Assembly (NCBI GenBank): GCA_963920595.1
Contig: OY986947.1
Location: 5,146,001-5,210,000, forward strand
Source: Eimeria praecox
Taxonomy: Eukaryota
Direction: 5' to 3'
DNA length: 64,000 bases
The position numbers were made by a program, and so were the translations under genes. This document shows positions 12,951-24,900 of this stretch, one piece after another (the first letter of the stretch is position 1; every line of letters begins with the position of its first letter). The notes below the pieces were generated by a model. That model made no database searches and had not been told where the DNA came from. It worked only from the letters and a program-made list of their open reading frames with translations.

Positions 12951-13784
12951 TGAAGCCGTCTTCACCGGGTATCATGAATAGGTTTTCGCGCAACCTGCGG
13001 CCCCATATACGGAGAAGCCACATGCAACGGCTACTTAACATATGAGAATGTGTGGCATTTGGAAGCACCCAAAGTAAGGGGGACAGCTTTTTCTCCTGAG
13101 TGGTGCACACACTTGCCAATTTGCCATGAGCTCACGGTGGCCGCAAGTGAGTACGCTTCTTTGTTCACACAGATCGTGCACAGATATATTCGGCTATCAT
13201 TAATGTTCAAATTAAAAGGAAACAGTCCCCTGAGCACGCGCTGAGGACAGATAAAGTTCGCGGATAGGTCTGGACCAGGCTGGCGTGATCCGTGAATCTT
13301 CACGGCAGCGTCAATTAAACACAATATTGCCCCAATTTTGGCCTCACCACTCGTATCATGAACTGCATAATAGCTTTAACTGCAGCAGCTGGAGATGCAT
13401 TGTGTGTGAATGGAAGCTACTCCAGGGACCCCCCAAGAGATCCACGGGGCTGATAGTTTGACCCTCGACCACATGGGGCTTTCTACAGCATCAACATTTT
13501 GACTCATTAAGGTGGCAGATTTCCACCATTTCTGCAAATTTGACAGCAATGGTACCTGTAACAGCCTGACGTAGCCAGACGGCTTCGGGAAGCAAGATAT
13601 CGCAGCCTCGACCGCCATGTAGCAGTTCGGGAGATCCGCTCGACAACTTTTGTGTGGCAGACAGAGGCAGGATTGGCCAGTCAACTGTAGATTTTGAACT
13701 AGCAGAGAATAGTAGAGAGCTCAGTATATGAATCAGGGGACTACATGGCCCAGGGCAATCCATGTACACTTCGTCAGTGGGGAA

Positions 13785-14843
13785 ATGAGACTTAGAAGGC
13801 TTGTATCGCAGCTCCTCTGCTGGCCGTCGCTCAGCATCGTTACACTTTTCTTCCTTCTTGGCAAGGCTTTTGGTGAGGACTGGGATGAGAAGCTCGCCGG
13901 CGCAGCATACCCGGCAGTAGAGTACGCCGCCGAAAAGCCGAATAAGGCATACAACATTCCGCTTGAACTGAACGAAGAGCCATTTGTTTTGGTCGAGTGG
14001 TCCACCGAAGCCAGTCGACTACGTCGTAGATTTCAGTTCGCTTTCCCCCCAGGTATTCTGTTGGTCGCATCAATAGCTGCTGCTGCGCTTGCCTTTGCAT
14101 GGAATACATGGGAGGGTGCGCCGTTTGCGTTGAAGAAGAACAAACCTAGTCAAGAAGCCGAAGATGAAGCTGCTGTCGGACCAGATGATTTAGATGATCT
14201 TCATGAGCCCCATTACAGCACGATTGTGGACAGTAGTTCGGTTCTGCAGTCTGTTTTAAGGGAGCTTTCTGCAAACCTTGCAAGCGCCAGGAATGAAACA
14301 CTGGAGAAGAAGAATACTGCTGTGAAGCTACTGAGCAACTATAATAATCCAGACTCAATATCCTTGAAGGTGGGTGAAGTCGTTTCGTTCCTGTTGGAAG
14401 CGACCGACAAGTTCGCGGCCCCTGCAACGAGTATTGCTAACGCTTTAGACGCTTTGCAGCATCCGCTTTCTGACAGCCAAGCGACATTCCGCTTGGGCAG
14501 CGCACTGGAGGAAATGCAGGCGGATATCCAGAAGCCCCTCTCTGATTCGGTTCTTAAGGCGGATCTGGAAACTTGCCGTACGTACCTCGGACTTGGCAAA
14601 GGGCCTGCCTCTGAACCTACACACGCGCAGTCCGACGACCATCCTGAAGCTCTGGGGGGAAGGCTCTCAGTGATGGGGCCATCTGACACTGAAGAAACAA
14701 AAGAAGAAGTACCACGAGAAGTTTCGATAAAACTATCGGAATGGCTTGAGGCTCTATTAAGCGAGCAGCAATTGCTATTGGAAGCCGGGCCAGTTGTGTC
14801 CAATGCAGTCAAAGATGTCAAGGCGGCGTACGAGTTGCTCTAG
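13785..14843 (+). CDS. Single-exon hypothetical protein with signal peptide and one internal transmembrane segment
   Basis: Uninterrupted ORF, with an alternative upstream ATG at 13728. It has a signal-like N-terminus (MRLRRLVSQLLCWPSLSIVTLFFLLGKAFG), a hydrophobic GILLVASIAAAALAFAW after an RRR cluster, and an acidic/helical remainder. No family recognised. Confidence 0.75.
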   Translation: MRLRRLVSQLLCWPSLSIVTLFFLLGKAFGEDWDEKLAGAAYPAVEYAAEKPNKAYNIPLELNEEPFVLVEWSTEASRLRRRFQFAFPPGILLVASIAAAALAFAWNTWEGAPFALKKNKPSQEAEDEAAVGPDDLDDLHEPHYSTIVDSSSVLQSVLRELSANLASARNETLEKKNTAVKLLSNYNNPDSISLKVGEVVSFLLEATDKFAAPATSIANALDALQHPLSDSQATFRLGSALEEMQADIQKPLSDSVLKADLETCRTYLGLGKGPASEPTHAQSDDHPEALGGRLSVMGPSDTEETKEEVPREVSIKLSEWLEALLSEQQLLLEAGPVVSNAVKDVKAAYELL

Positions 14844-15477
14844 GGAGCCAGCGCTTTGGCCTCCCTGCACTTTGCCATGAGCTGAAATGTTACTTTGCTG
14901 CATGTGCCCAAACGGCATGCAGCTGTATGCGTTGACTGGGTACGGCTCTGCTGCATGAATGAAGCGCAGGCTTGCTCCTTTGGGTTTCTAAAATGGGGTG
15001 CTGGGTTTACGATACCTCGCAGAATATATTACGTCTTTTTTTGTATTCCACTGTCCACGACAGGCTGGTGCAAAATAGTGTGGTTGTAAACACAGTGGAC
15101 CATGCGCCCCAGAACCCTTGGTGTATTTGTCCCCATCGGGCGCATATGCCGTCCAGGTTGTGGGGGACACATTTTGAAGTGCTAAAACTACTTGACCAAT
15201 AACTTTTCCCTTTAGGAAGTATACGAGAAAGTGATGAAACCAAGGTGGACATAAGTATGAATTGTACATTTAAGTGTTACACCGGAACTGTTGAATGGAC
15301 TCCCCGGGAACCAACCCCACGCTTTAATAGAAATCGTGGATATACAAGAATAGAGTCTGGCACTTTTCCCATTCGGGGGCCATTCTTAACTGAAAAAAAT
15401 GTTTTGTCTTTCGCTTTTCACTGTATTCCAGTAGTGCTAGTCAGTGCGCTCTTTGCGGTGAGTCGTGCGTCTTGTTT

Positions 15478-18400
15478 TTAGACTTTCTTGGGACGCTCCG
15501 AGGAGCTACCATCCCAAGGTCCTGTGACGTCTTCAATAATGGCTTTAAGAGACCGGCGAAAGACATCTGCGGAAAGCCAAATATGCAGGCTGAAATGCTA
15601 GATGCGCGCAAAAGAAATACTGTGGCCCAGGGGCCCTGCGCAGCGGGCGCATACAGGGGACGCTGATATAGAAGCAGCTTTCATACCTGGTGAAAAACAA
15701 TTTGTTGCATGGATTTGAGCTTTGGAACGCAGTGCCTGTGGGCATTTGCGCAAACGCATTGGCCTTCCAACTGATGTGCATCAGCATCTGTGTCACGGGA
15801 GGCATGCTGGCATGCAGTAACTGTGGTAAACAGCTCTTTGCATTGTTTTTTTTACCGCCAGTTCTTCAGGATTCTCAAGCGACAGCAATAAAATGCGTTT
15901 GAGGGCGGCAGAGAAGGACTCTGGCGTGGGCGGACAGAGGAAGCCCTGAGCACGATAGCAGCATTCAAGTAACACTGTAGGCATCCCATGAGGCAAGTAA
16001 TTTTAAACAATCCTGTCATTGTGCGCTCACGTGTGTGCAGACGTAGGTCTGTGCATTTGCTCTCACGTTCCTAAGCATCACGAAGGCAAGTGAAGCAGCA
16101 AACATTTCGTGCTAGAGTCCTTACTGTTTCTCTGTCGACGATGGTTTCTCGGGGTCCCCCTGTATTGCAAGCGACGGGAAGACAACCGACGAACATTGCT
16201 TCACACGGCACCTGAAACGAACCCCCCAGAGGATACACCCATGCAGTTGCATTGTCCACGCCTTCTGGTCCAAGAACACGCGATACTGAGCACTCCGAAA
16301 TGACCAAGACGTGTTCAAAAGCCTTCATTGCTCGAAAGTGCGGCCCCTGCTCCACCATGGGCACGACGCGACAGAGTGGCATCACTCACAATGCCAAAGT
16401 GTTCCTCGTGAGGGGTGTAAAGTATGCACACACTCCTTTTCAACAAGAACAGCTTCAACGAACATGACACATTCTTTAGGAATAGAATACAACGCCTCCC
16501 CACGCTGTTGTCTAGGGCCGGTGCATTGGTCTCTACAACATCTTCACAACCAAGAACACGAAAGTTGAGCTCCTTCGACAGCTTTACGAGCCGCTGGAAA
16601 TAGTCGTTGCATTCAGGCAAGCGTGGATCGAACCCTCCTACAGCATACAGGAGCGCCACCTTCCAAAGAGATTCTGTTTGTCATGCTTTACAAGCAGTCA
16701 GGACCCACCACACAACAAGAGAACATCGCTAGTGCTGCCTAGTCTTGTCAAGATTTGTCATCTTTTTATAGAATAAGCGTCTGCGTCTACTCACAGGAAA
16801 ATACCCATACGATATCGTGTGGGCCAATGCTACGTCAAACACTTGTAAAGGGCTGGCGAGTCACCTGCTACAATCAAGTTACATTTTATCTGCCGCGGAA
16901 GTCTTGCCACGGCTTTAATTGCAAGCTCCACGTCCTTCTTCTCTTCGAAGCGGTTTAGCGAAACCACGAAGGGAGCTGATAAATCAAATCTACGGCGAAT
17001 AAGCGCATGCGCACGGTAAAGAAACGGTTCAAGGACACTTCGCTTGCTATGCTAAAGAAGTCCGTTGACTCAAAGAAAGCAATGCCCCGCACCTTAAACA
17101 ATAATGGTTTGCAGTCCTCGGAGCGCCTACCTTTCTAGCTCGCTGAAGGAAGCATCGGAGTCGCTACTACCGCCTTTCAGCTGGAATGCTTCCACCTCCG
17201 TGCTAACCGGCGGGTACAAAACACGGGGCTTGGCCTTCCTGCACGATAAAGACAGAATACATCGGAACTCAATGCTTGGCTAACAGCAGAACCTACACTT
17301 CAAAAGTGACCCATCTGAAGGTGTCTGACGTGTACATGGCAAAATGCATACTCACGGCGTTCGCACCTAAAAGATGAGATTGTTCGACAGAATGCTTCTG
17401 CCGTGAATTTGGAGTTGACCAGCACCATGTCGCACATTCCTGTGTTGCAGTTCCGCATCACACCAGTAGTGTGGAAACTCGTGAGCACAGAAATTCAACC
17501 CCAGCTGCCAGAAAAGGAGGGTGTTACGCATGCTTTACAAGCCGGTTACATATGGACAAAATCGAAGCGCTACGTTGACGGTATCTTTAAATCGAAACAA
17601 GCTAGCTGGTGGTGATGGTGCTCCACAAAGGTAGAGAGACTCCTGATCTGGTAAGTTCCAGTTGGAGCCTCAGATATTCCTACATTGAACTATCTTGAAA
17701 CATTCGAAACATTCGGTCATTTATGTTTTAAACCATGTAGGACAAGAAATCAATCCTCTGGTTCTCGTGCTAGTCACTTTTTTCACATGCTAATGCGTGA
17801 AATTATTTTACTTATCTGGCCACACGTATTCATGCATGCGCATGCACGAAATTTATGCATAACCGTGAAAAGAACGGTGTCAAGAGCGCTTAGGTTCCGA
17901 GTATCACGCATTGCCTTTTTGTGAGGTTACCAGTAGTCAAGGATTCGAGCATATCGAAGGGGTAGCGGTACAACCGGCGCAGAAGCGATGGCTGGCGGCT
18001 AGCGAGCAAGAGGTCAGGGTAATGACCGTAGAAGATGACCTGATGAAGAAGGCGATTAAGAACACAAAAGTCAGCCTTGTATTATCTGGAACCGAGTTTA
18101 CAATTCGCATGCAGGATAGCAAGGATGCCTGTGCTGTGAAATCCTCGCGGCATGCAAGACGAAGGTGTGGCATCGTTGTTGGCTTACCTTCCTACCAATC
18201 AAGCGGAGAAGAGGGTTCACTGCTGCCACTTGATCATTAAACACAAGGTCGTAGCCCACATGCCCTGTAAAAAACGTGAACAGTTTGGGCGTTAAGCCGC
18301 TTGCTCGGTGGCTCTTCCGAAGGAAAACAAAAGGGGCTGCCCACCACCCACCTGTGACTATGGCGGCAAGGACAAGGTAGAACATACGCACGATGGAGCA

Positions 18401-18912
18401 AGCGACGCGAAACCGTCTCATAATGGTATACGGCAGAAAGGATCCAAATACACGTATGTTTAGCCTCGCTGAAAAGGGCACACAGGGTTCACAATTTATA
18501 CTGCTTGCGGTTATGGTCCCAACTAAGCAGCAATCTGTTCCATCCATACCTGGTAAGACATGTCTAATGCAGCAGCAGGCCCTCCCGCATCAAGCGTGAA
18601 GAACGCCGACAGCAAACAATCTACATGGCGGCTTTGTAGCCAGGGCCCGCTGCCTTCCTCGTTAACCTTCCCTGTCTGCCTGTGGAACATGCAGGGATTG
18701 TTGGCATCCTATCAGTGCTCACGGTCTCTTGATGCTTCGAGGCATCTGTGTTTATCGAAGTAAGAGGTAAATATATCCACTGTACACGTCGAGCGTCCTG
18801 AGTCCGCAAGGACTGCGTGTGTTTGAAGAGCAGTCTGCAAAATGAGTTGCTCTGCACCGCCAACGCCCAAATCAATGTGGAAAAAAGCGACTTTCTTTGG
18901 TTTTGTTTTCAT
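15478..18912 (-). CDS. ALG2: Alpha-1,3/1,6-mannosyltransferase ALG2 (GT4), multi-exon
   Basis: N-terminal KVAFFHIDLGVGGAEQL (ALG2 HPDLGIGGAE motif), TSYFDKHRCLE, DQVAAVNPLL, LVNSKFT, YPPV, SLNRFEEKK-like segment, GGFDPRLPECNDY and the spliced EX7E motif EEHFGI|VPCEAM...NTGGPRETIV...GFLC. The last exon ends ...PKKV* at 15478. Confidence 0.9.
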
Positions 18913-19499
18913 TTGCTCGCAGGTAATGGTCTTAGTTTGTGTGTAATCCCGAGGTATGTGTCCGAGTTTCAATACAAATCCAGGTTCGCCGCGTTTGTTG
19001 GGAAGCAAGGGTGGTCCTCTGGGGCACACAAAACCAAAACTTTAATCAGAATCAACTTGGTCTTAGAAAAATTCAAGACAACATTAACTTGGATACAGCA
19101 CGACCCTTGGGGGTGAACGGCTGCATGCGGTCTCTTCTTGCCCTTGACTCACGCTCAGAAGTGGTGGCAATGATGCTCCGCACGCTGCACTCTACCTCTT
19201 CGATTGAACTATTAGTCAGTTGTTATCTGGAATATTTTCCTAATCATACTTTAAAACTCTTCACAGGATCTGTTCGGGATGATGGTCTGCATGGCCTTTG
19301 CCCGGGGCGCAGGAGCATTTGCTTGGCGTTCTGGCAGTTGCGGCGGGCTCACTGTATTTGAACTTCAGAAATACATTATCAAAGCCTTAGGAGGGCGTGG
19401 GCTGCACAGGCTTCTTTGAAAGGCGGCATATGAGCCCTCAACAAGCCTCATATACCATGGAGTTTAGCAGTGGTCACCTCCATAGTGCCGCAGGTAACG

Positions 19500-21776
19500 A
19501 TGGGGAACTCATCTTCTAGCTGGTCTTCTCTTTTCGCCCAGAAGCTGCTGCCATGGACTTCATTTGCTTTCTTTCTCCTTATTGTTGGGGCAGTGGGTCA
19601 CTCCTTCGCTGCTAAGTACACCTCGAAAACCGACGCGCCTTCATTGCTGACTCCTTGTCTTACGCATTCTGCGCTCTCCCGTCCCCGCAGCTGGCATTCT
19701 CTTGCCCTAGCGCCTCATATTCTGTATTCGCTCCATGGAGAGGCCGCAGCCCCACTGGGACTTGCTAACCACGTACACTGTGCTGCGTTTCTCGTAAACG
19801 ATGCGCGTTGCCTCAGTGTAGAACTCCACCGTAGTGTTCCGCGCAATTCAAAGAAGACTGTGGTAGCCCTTGATCCACTAGCCATAAGATGTAAAGAAAG
19901 CTCACGCTGCAATGTTTCCGTTTCCGCATGTTCTCGGAACGCTGGACATGCAGGTACGGAGTTTCTTTGCGGTGGCTTGCCTCGCGCTTGTCTTGCGAGC
20001 AGCTTGATGATGCCCGGCAGTGTAAATGTGCAGTGGGGTATGTCTTCCCGGGTTGAACACCCCTCGTCTTCCGCAAAGGATGATTGTTCTAGGGGGGCGT
20101 TTCCCAGCACCTCGGAGGTCAAGCGCAACTCAGTGCCGCCGGCTGTGGGAAGGGGCAACGACTCTGCAAGTGCTTTCGCGGATGGTGATAACGGGAACGC
20201 TGCTGCTACTTCTGCAGGGCAGTTGCTCGAGAAGGCTCGTCTGGTGCAGGCAGCTGCTTCAGGCTTGTTTTGCATTTTGCCGCTGGGTTTTCGCGTGCTC
20301 AAAAAGATTGAGGCTATCTGCCACCAAGAACTTGCAGGAATAGCTGCACCGTTATCTTTACCTAACATCATGCCGATCCAATGGTTGGAGAATTCTGATG
20401 TAAGCCCCACCAGTGTTGGTAGCATTGCTATAGTGCCAGCCCAGAGATGCACTCTTCAGTTATTCCCTGGTAGCGATTGAACCCCGGATATACGCTATCC
20501 TTCCTTACTTGGGGGGGGGGGGGGGGGGGGGGGGGGGGCGGAGAACATAAATGTGATCACACACCTTAATGCCTCTGATTCATCTGTGGCTGTTCTCTGC
20601 AGCGAGTGCGCTCGTTTGGGCCGTCTCTCTACAGGGTGCAAGATCGTCGTGCCCGGCAATTTTTTCTGCCCCCAACTTCCGAGGAAGCAGCCGCGTGGCT
20701 GGCAGCAAGTGGCATCCGAAGCCATAGAGAGCTGCCTCAGATTTTCTACCAAATAGGTCCAAAGTTTCGAGATGAAGCCCGCCCAAGGGCGGGGTGTCTT
20801 CGCGCTCGTGAGTTTGCCATGCTAGAAGTCTATTCTTTTCATCAAGATGCGCTGTGTAGAGAAGCTACTTACCACAAAATGGATGACTGCTTTCGGAGAA
20901 TATTGACACGGGTGGGAGCAGGGCCATTCCTCAGAGTTCGCGCGGATCCTGGTACAATGGGGGGCCCTTGTAGCCACGAATACCACGTGAGAAAGCCCTC
21001 TGTTACCTTCCTTGAGTAATACTGCGAATAGTCTTTACAGGGTCCCTGCTTTGCATTCAGTCATTGGATATTACACTTCGTGGACCTTGTTTTTTCTGCG
21101 AGTGCCTTAGGTGTGCAACGTTCTTGGCAGTGACCAAGTAGTACCGGAACTACATCCGCCGGACGAAAGCAGAAGCGGTGTTTCCGATGGAGATGCGGAA
21201 GGCGTCGAAATGGGTTCGTCTTTGGAGGTTGCGCACTGCTTTCAGCTACCCGAAACGTATTGCAAAGCGGCACGAGCCCGTTTCACGGATCCTGGAGGTG
21301 CACAGAGGATGCCTCTGATGAACAGTTATGGACTTGGAGTCTCCCGACTTATGGCGCACTTGGCACTAAGGCATCAAGACTCAAAAGGCCTATTGTTCCC
21401 ACCGCAAGTTGCACCTTTCTGTGTTGTAGTTATACCTCAGCCTGCCGCTCGCTGGAATGACGGGCGGCGTGCGGCCCGCTTAGGCAAAGCCTTGTTCAGA
21501 ATCCTTCACAAGACTGCGGCATTAGCAGGAGGACCTGCGGACGTCTTATTGGACGATCGGCAAGGCCTCACGCTTCGTCAAATGCAGTCGCATGCAGATC
21601 TTGTGGGGATTCCGCACCAGCTAATCATAAAAGAAGACTTCCTACGGGCGCCGGGCACTTCACGCGTGCTCTGCATCTCACGCGAAACCGGTCAGGCGGA
21701 TATCTTGCCACTTAGGGCTGCCCTGAAAAGGCTGGAAAACACCCTTTTCGGTGTGGCGATGTCTAGAAAACGGTGA
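19500..21776 (+). CDS. proS: Prolyl-tRNA synthetase, bacterial/organellar type, probably apicoplast-targeted; exons 19500-20399, 20603-20986, 21111-21776
   Basis: Class II motif 1 region (SGLFCILPLGFRVLKKIE), PTSEE, motif 2 (LPQIFYQIGPKFRDEARPRAGCLRAREF), GGPCSHEYH, EVAHCFQL, motif 3 (YGLGVSRL) and anticodon domain (VLLDDR...ADLVGIP). The long N-terminal extension has a hydrophobic signal followed by an S/R/A-rich stretch. GT-AG junctions keep the frame. Confidence 0.9.
20511..20538 (+). repeat. G28 homopolymer in ProRS intron 1
   Basis: Directly visible run of G. Confidence 0.95.
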
Positions 21777-21965
21777 CTGGGAACTACCAGTCTTAACGTT
21801 GCGATTGGGTTGCTCTACCACTGAATAGAGCAACTAGCTTTGTTTGGGTGTGCAAACTCGGCTTGACAAGCGTTTCACCGTAACTAGCATTTCCCGTGCA
21901 GGAATCCAACGACATCAGTTCAGTAGAAAATATGTATTTGTGAGTGGCAAGCGTAGATACTATAT

Positions 21966-24900
21966 TTAAGCGCCACCACCTTTTCGCCTCCGCCCACTTA
22001 GCGCAGCCATCATGTTGGTTAGCCCTTTATTGCGGGGGTCACCTGTGAAAGCTGGAGCCCTTCCTGTGACTTTCGTTGGTGCTTCGACGGCCGTGCTATT
22101 AGCATCTGGGGTTGGAGGAGGATCGTCGTCTGGAAGCCTGATTGAAACTGTCTTCGCTGGAGACGCCGCCTGGTGTAAAGAGGAGTTGGCCTTCGGAGTG
22201 GGTGCTGGGCTGGAGTGGCTTTCTGGCTCAACAACCCTGACGAGTCTCGAGCCCTCCCCACCTTTCGCCGCACTGGGCTTTTCAGGCTTCCCAATGCTCC
22301 CTCTTGACGGGGCACGCGGAACACGCTTCACCGACACCCGATCTATACCAGCTGTAGCTGTGGTGCTGCGCTTGGCCAAGGGCTTCTGCTTTGCGGGCGA
22401 AGTGGCGGCAACGTGAGACACGGCCACGGAAGGAGCTGAAAGAGGGAGCGGAAAACACACTTACCCTTCTCGCTGAGCGGACTAGCGGACAAGCGCGCAC
22501 ACTCTTACTGGGTGGAACGAGATCAATTCCACCGCCACGACAGTGCAGCAAAACTAAAAACGCGTTCTGCTGCTTTTCCTGGACATCACGTACCCACGTA
22601 CATTAATAGTGCACTCAGAATTCACACTCACCCTTGGAAGTACTTTTTGCCTTTCCTTTGGCGTTCGCTGCGAGCGCGCTCCTCTTCACGGAGCGTCGGG
22701 CCGGCGGCTGCTGCTCTGGTTCAGGAAGCACTTCTGCGGGTTCAGCAGGCGATTCAACTTCAGGTTCCTCAGCTGCCGGCTTCGACAGCGCTGCTGCAAG
22801 CTGCGCTTTTAAGCTCGCAATTTCCTCCTCTAGATCCCGAACTCTTTCACTCTGCTCCGCTTCCGCTTGATTAGCCGCAGCTAATTGTTCCTGGGAAAGT
22901 GCGGATAGTTCCAAAGCATGTGCAATTAAGTTCCCCGGAGACTAGATTACGCCGACGAACACTGAACGTTTGAACCGGCCTTCACCACAGTGCAACTTAC
23001 CTCTAGAATAGTTGCTTCTCGTTTGTCTACACTGGTGTAGAATTTGACCTGATCCTGCAAGTCCGCTATTGCCGTGTTCGCAGCAAGAAGCTCCGCATAG
23101 AGAGCCTGGTTAAGTCGCCGCACGTCAAGCTCAACAGCACGGCCTTCCTCGAGTTTCATGCGCAAATGTGATGCGTAGCCCTGCAGCATTTGGACGTCTC
23201 TTGCCAAAGCTCTCTTCTCCTGAAAAAGCGGGAATCACAGAAGTGATCAAGACATGCCATTTCCAGATCACCAAGTCCCAAAGTTTTTCGTTCGAGTATG
23301 CGGTCCGATCTACACACGTGCCATACCACATCATCATAGCCCTTAAGTTCTTCCCAATTTGTCATCGTCTTAGGTATCATAAGTAGGCTTCTGTTTTCCT
23401 CCTTCAGCCTCCGTGTTGTCTCTTGCAGAGTTGCATTCTCCTGTTTGACAGCCAAGTAGTCCTCTGCTCAATGTAAAGAACACGCACGTTGCCTTCTGAC
23501 TGCTCAGTGAGATGCAGTGCCAGATATATTTGCCCGTCATCACCAGAGAGGCACTTCTACTTCTGGGCCCGTGAAAGAACCCTACCAGAGAGCAGCTTGT
23601 AGTCGATGTCCCGTTCAGCGAGACGAATCGAAAGCTCTTCAAGCTTGGCCATCAGTTTTGCAAACTTTGCGTTTGTGTCTTCATCGACTCGATTCGGCGA
23701 CTTCGAGTCAGTGAGCTCCGCCTTGAAGCTCCATAGGGCAGCCAGCATTCTGTCGCAATGCTCGGTGAGCTCAAGCTTCTCTAGCTGCACGCATATTAGA
23801 AGCGAAGCAAATCCTCATTCGATCGTTAGCTTAGTGGATTTGAGTGGGGCATCTGCAGTCAGAAATGTCTTGAAAGCCACTACGACGCATGCAACCTCCC
23901 GCCTTCGTCTAGATTGAAGGCCTGGAACATACCAGTCCCTTCTTGACTGAGACTTGGATTTCCTTAAGGCGGTTCACAAAGTGGTCTCTAAGCTGCCCGA
24001 GAGCCCTCCTCATCTCTTGCTGCTCGTACAGCAGTGCCAGCATATGCTGCTCCCAAGGAGGTAGGATTTGCAAAATGGACTCAAGCGTTTGTTGTTTTTT
24101 TCCCTCCACCATCTGGAACGTAGACACAAGTAAATTACCAGGGGCAAAATGCCACTGGAGCCTCCGGTTTTGCCGAGCCCACAGTGGGCATAGCCGCAGC
24201 TTCTCTTTATTCAAGCTACTGCAAAGCTACTCTGAGGACACACAGCTTCTCTGTAAGGGGGGGCGCACCTGAGCTGTTTCTGCGTCGACTGTTGCCTTGC
24301 TGCTCTCAGCAGGAGTAGCTTTAGTAAAAATCAATTCCAACGCGCTGACCGCCTCCTCCTCGCTTTGTGGGACCCTTGGAGTAGTTACCTGAACCCAAAT
24401 TCATGCGTATATGGTGTGTACTGTAGGTAGATCCGTAGATGCAACTAATGGCTAAACTGATGGATGATATCACGCAGAAGAGCCCAGCAGCACCTGCCCC
24501 TGGCGGTGCCTAAACATTGAGCCATAGGAGGAAATCGCACTTCATCATTTGCCGCAGATATTCCCGAGGATGCAACCGAGGCAGCTAAAGCCATAAGAGG
24601 CGGTTGCCGTGCAGAATCGCTCCCCGTCCTTTGAAATTCCTCTTCTTCCCGGGTGTTCTCTAATACCTCCGCCAGCATGACACGCCTGGGCAAAGGTCGC
24701 AAGAACATAGGCATGCTAAGGATGTGCTTTGGAGAGTCTGAGCAAGATTCCATGGTTCACGATTGAGGAAAATGCGCCATGGAGTCCCCTACAGATCCGT
24801 GCTGGAAGCTGGGTCCCTGAGCTATATGCCCCAAATAAGCAAGCTTACGACAGGGCATTACTGATTGCAGCACATGCCAAGGGGCGAATCTGATCGACAT

